NCBI GenBank assembly: GCA_038087875.1
Contig: CM075987.1
Span: forward strand, 27,406,001-27,470,000
Reading direction: 5' to 3'
Length of the DNA stretch: 64,000 nucleotides
Origin: Malacoraja senta
Taxonomy: Eukaryota
A model generated the notes under the pieces. That model had not been told where the DNA came from. It saw only the letters and a list, made by a program, of their open reading frames with translations, and searched no databases. Shown one piece after another: positions 63,745-64,000 of this stretch (position 1 is the first letter of the stretch; the number at the start of each line of letters is the position of its first letter). The position numbers and the translations under genes are program-made.

Positions 63745-64000
63745 ATAAGTGATAGGAGCAGAATCAAGCCATTCAGCCTATCTAGTCTACTCCGCCATTC
63801 AATCATGACTGATCTATCTCACCCTCCTAACCCCATTCTCCTGCCTTCTCCCCATAACATCTGACACCTGTACTCTATCTCTGCCTTAAAAATATCCACT
63901 GACTTGGCCTCCATAGCTTTTTGTGGCAAAGAATTCCACAGGTTCACCACCCTCTGACTAAAGAAATTTCCCCTCATCTCCTAAAAGAACATCCTTTAAT
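63745..64000 (-). mobile_element. CR1 3' end
   Basis: Same family as 14317-14835. Confidence 0.8.

Overview
Repeat-saturated, non-coding (intronic or intergenic) vertebrate DNA. The repeats point to an elasmobranch, probably a skate or ray (inference): HE1-like tRNA-derived V-SINEs sharing a 3' tail with HER1/CR1 LINEs, plus Rex1/Babar, L2 and Penelope-like elements (PLEs). No host protein-coding exon could be recognised. Every ORF I can assign is transposon-derived: a near-complete but disrupted CR1 ORF2 at 25.0-28.1 kb, Rex/Babar RT C-termini, and PLE RT and GIY-YIG fragments. There is a 200-N gap at 17411-17610. Two systems stand out. (1) Dozens of short PLE-derived insertions carry a minimal hammerhead-ribozyme core (CTGAAGA-A-GGGT-NNNN-RCCC-GAAACGTH). 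They occur as ~100-130 bp TSD-flanked monomers starting at the ribozyme core, as fold-back dimers, and as tandem arrays. (2) Four different PIF/Harbinger-type MITEs share the TIR core CTGTCCCACT and an internal CAACATGTTG-type palindrome, and three of them have asymmetric TAA...TTA flanks. Two hAT MITEs, long CA/TG tracts, a G-rich minisatellite and a few candidate regulatory motifs are also present. Most repeat boundaries were set by eye and are approximate unless TSDs or TIRs are quoted.
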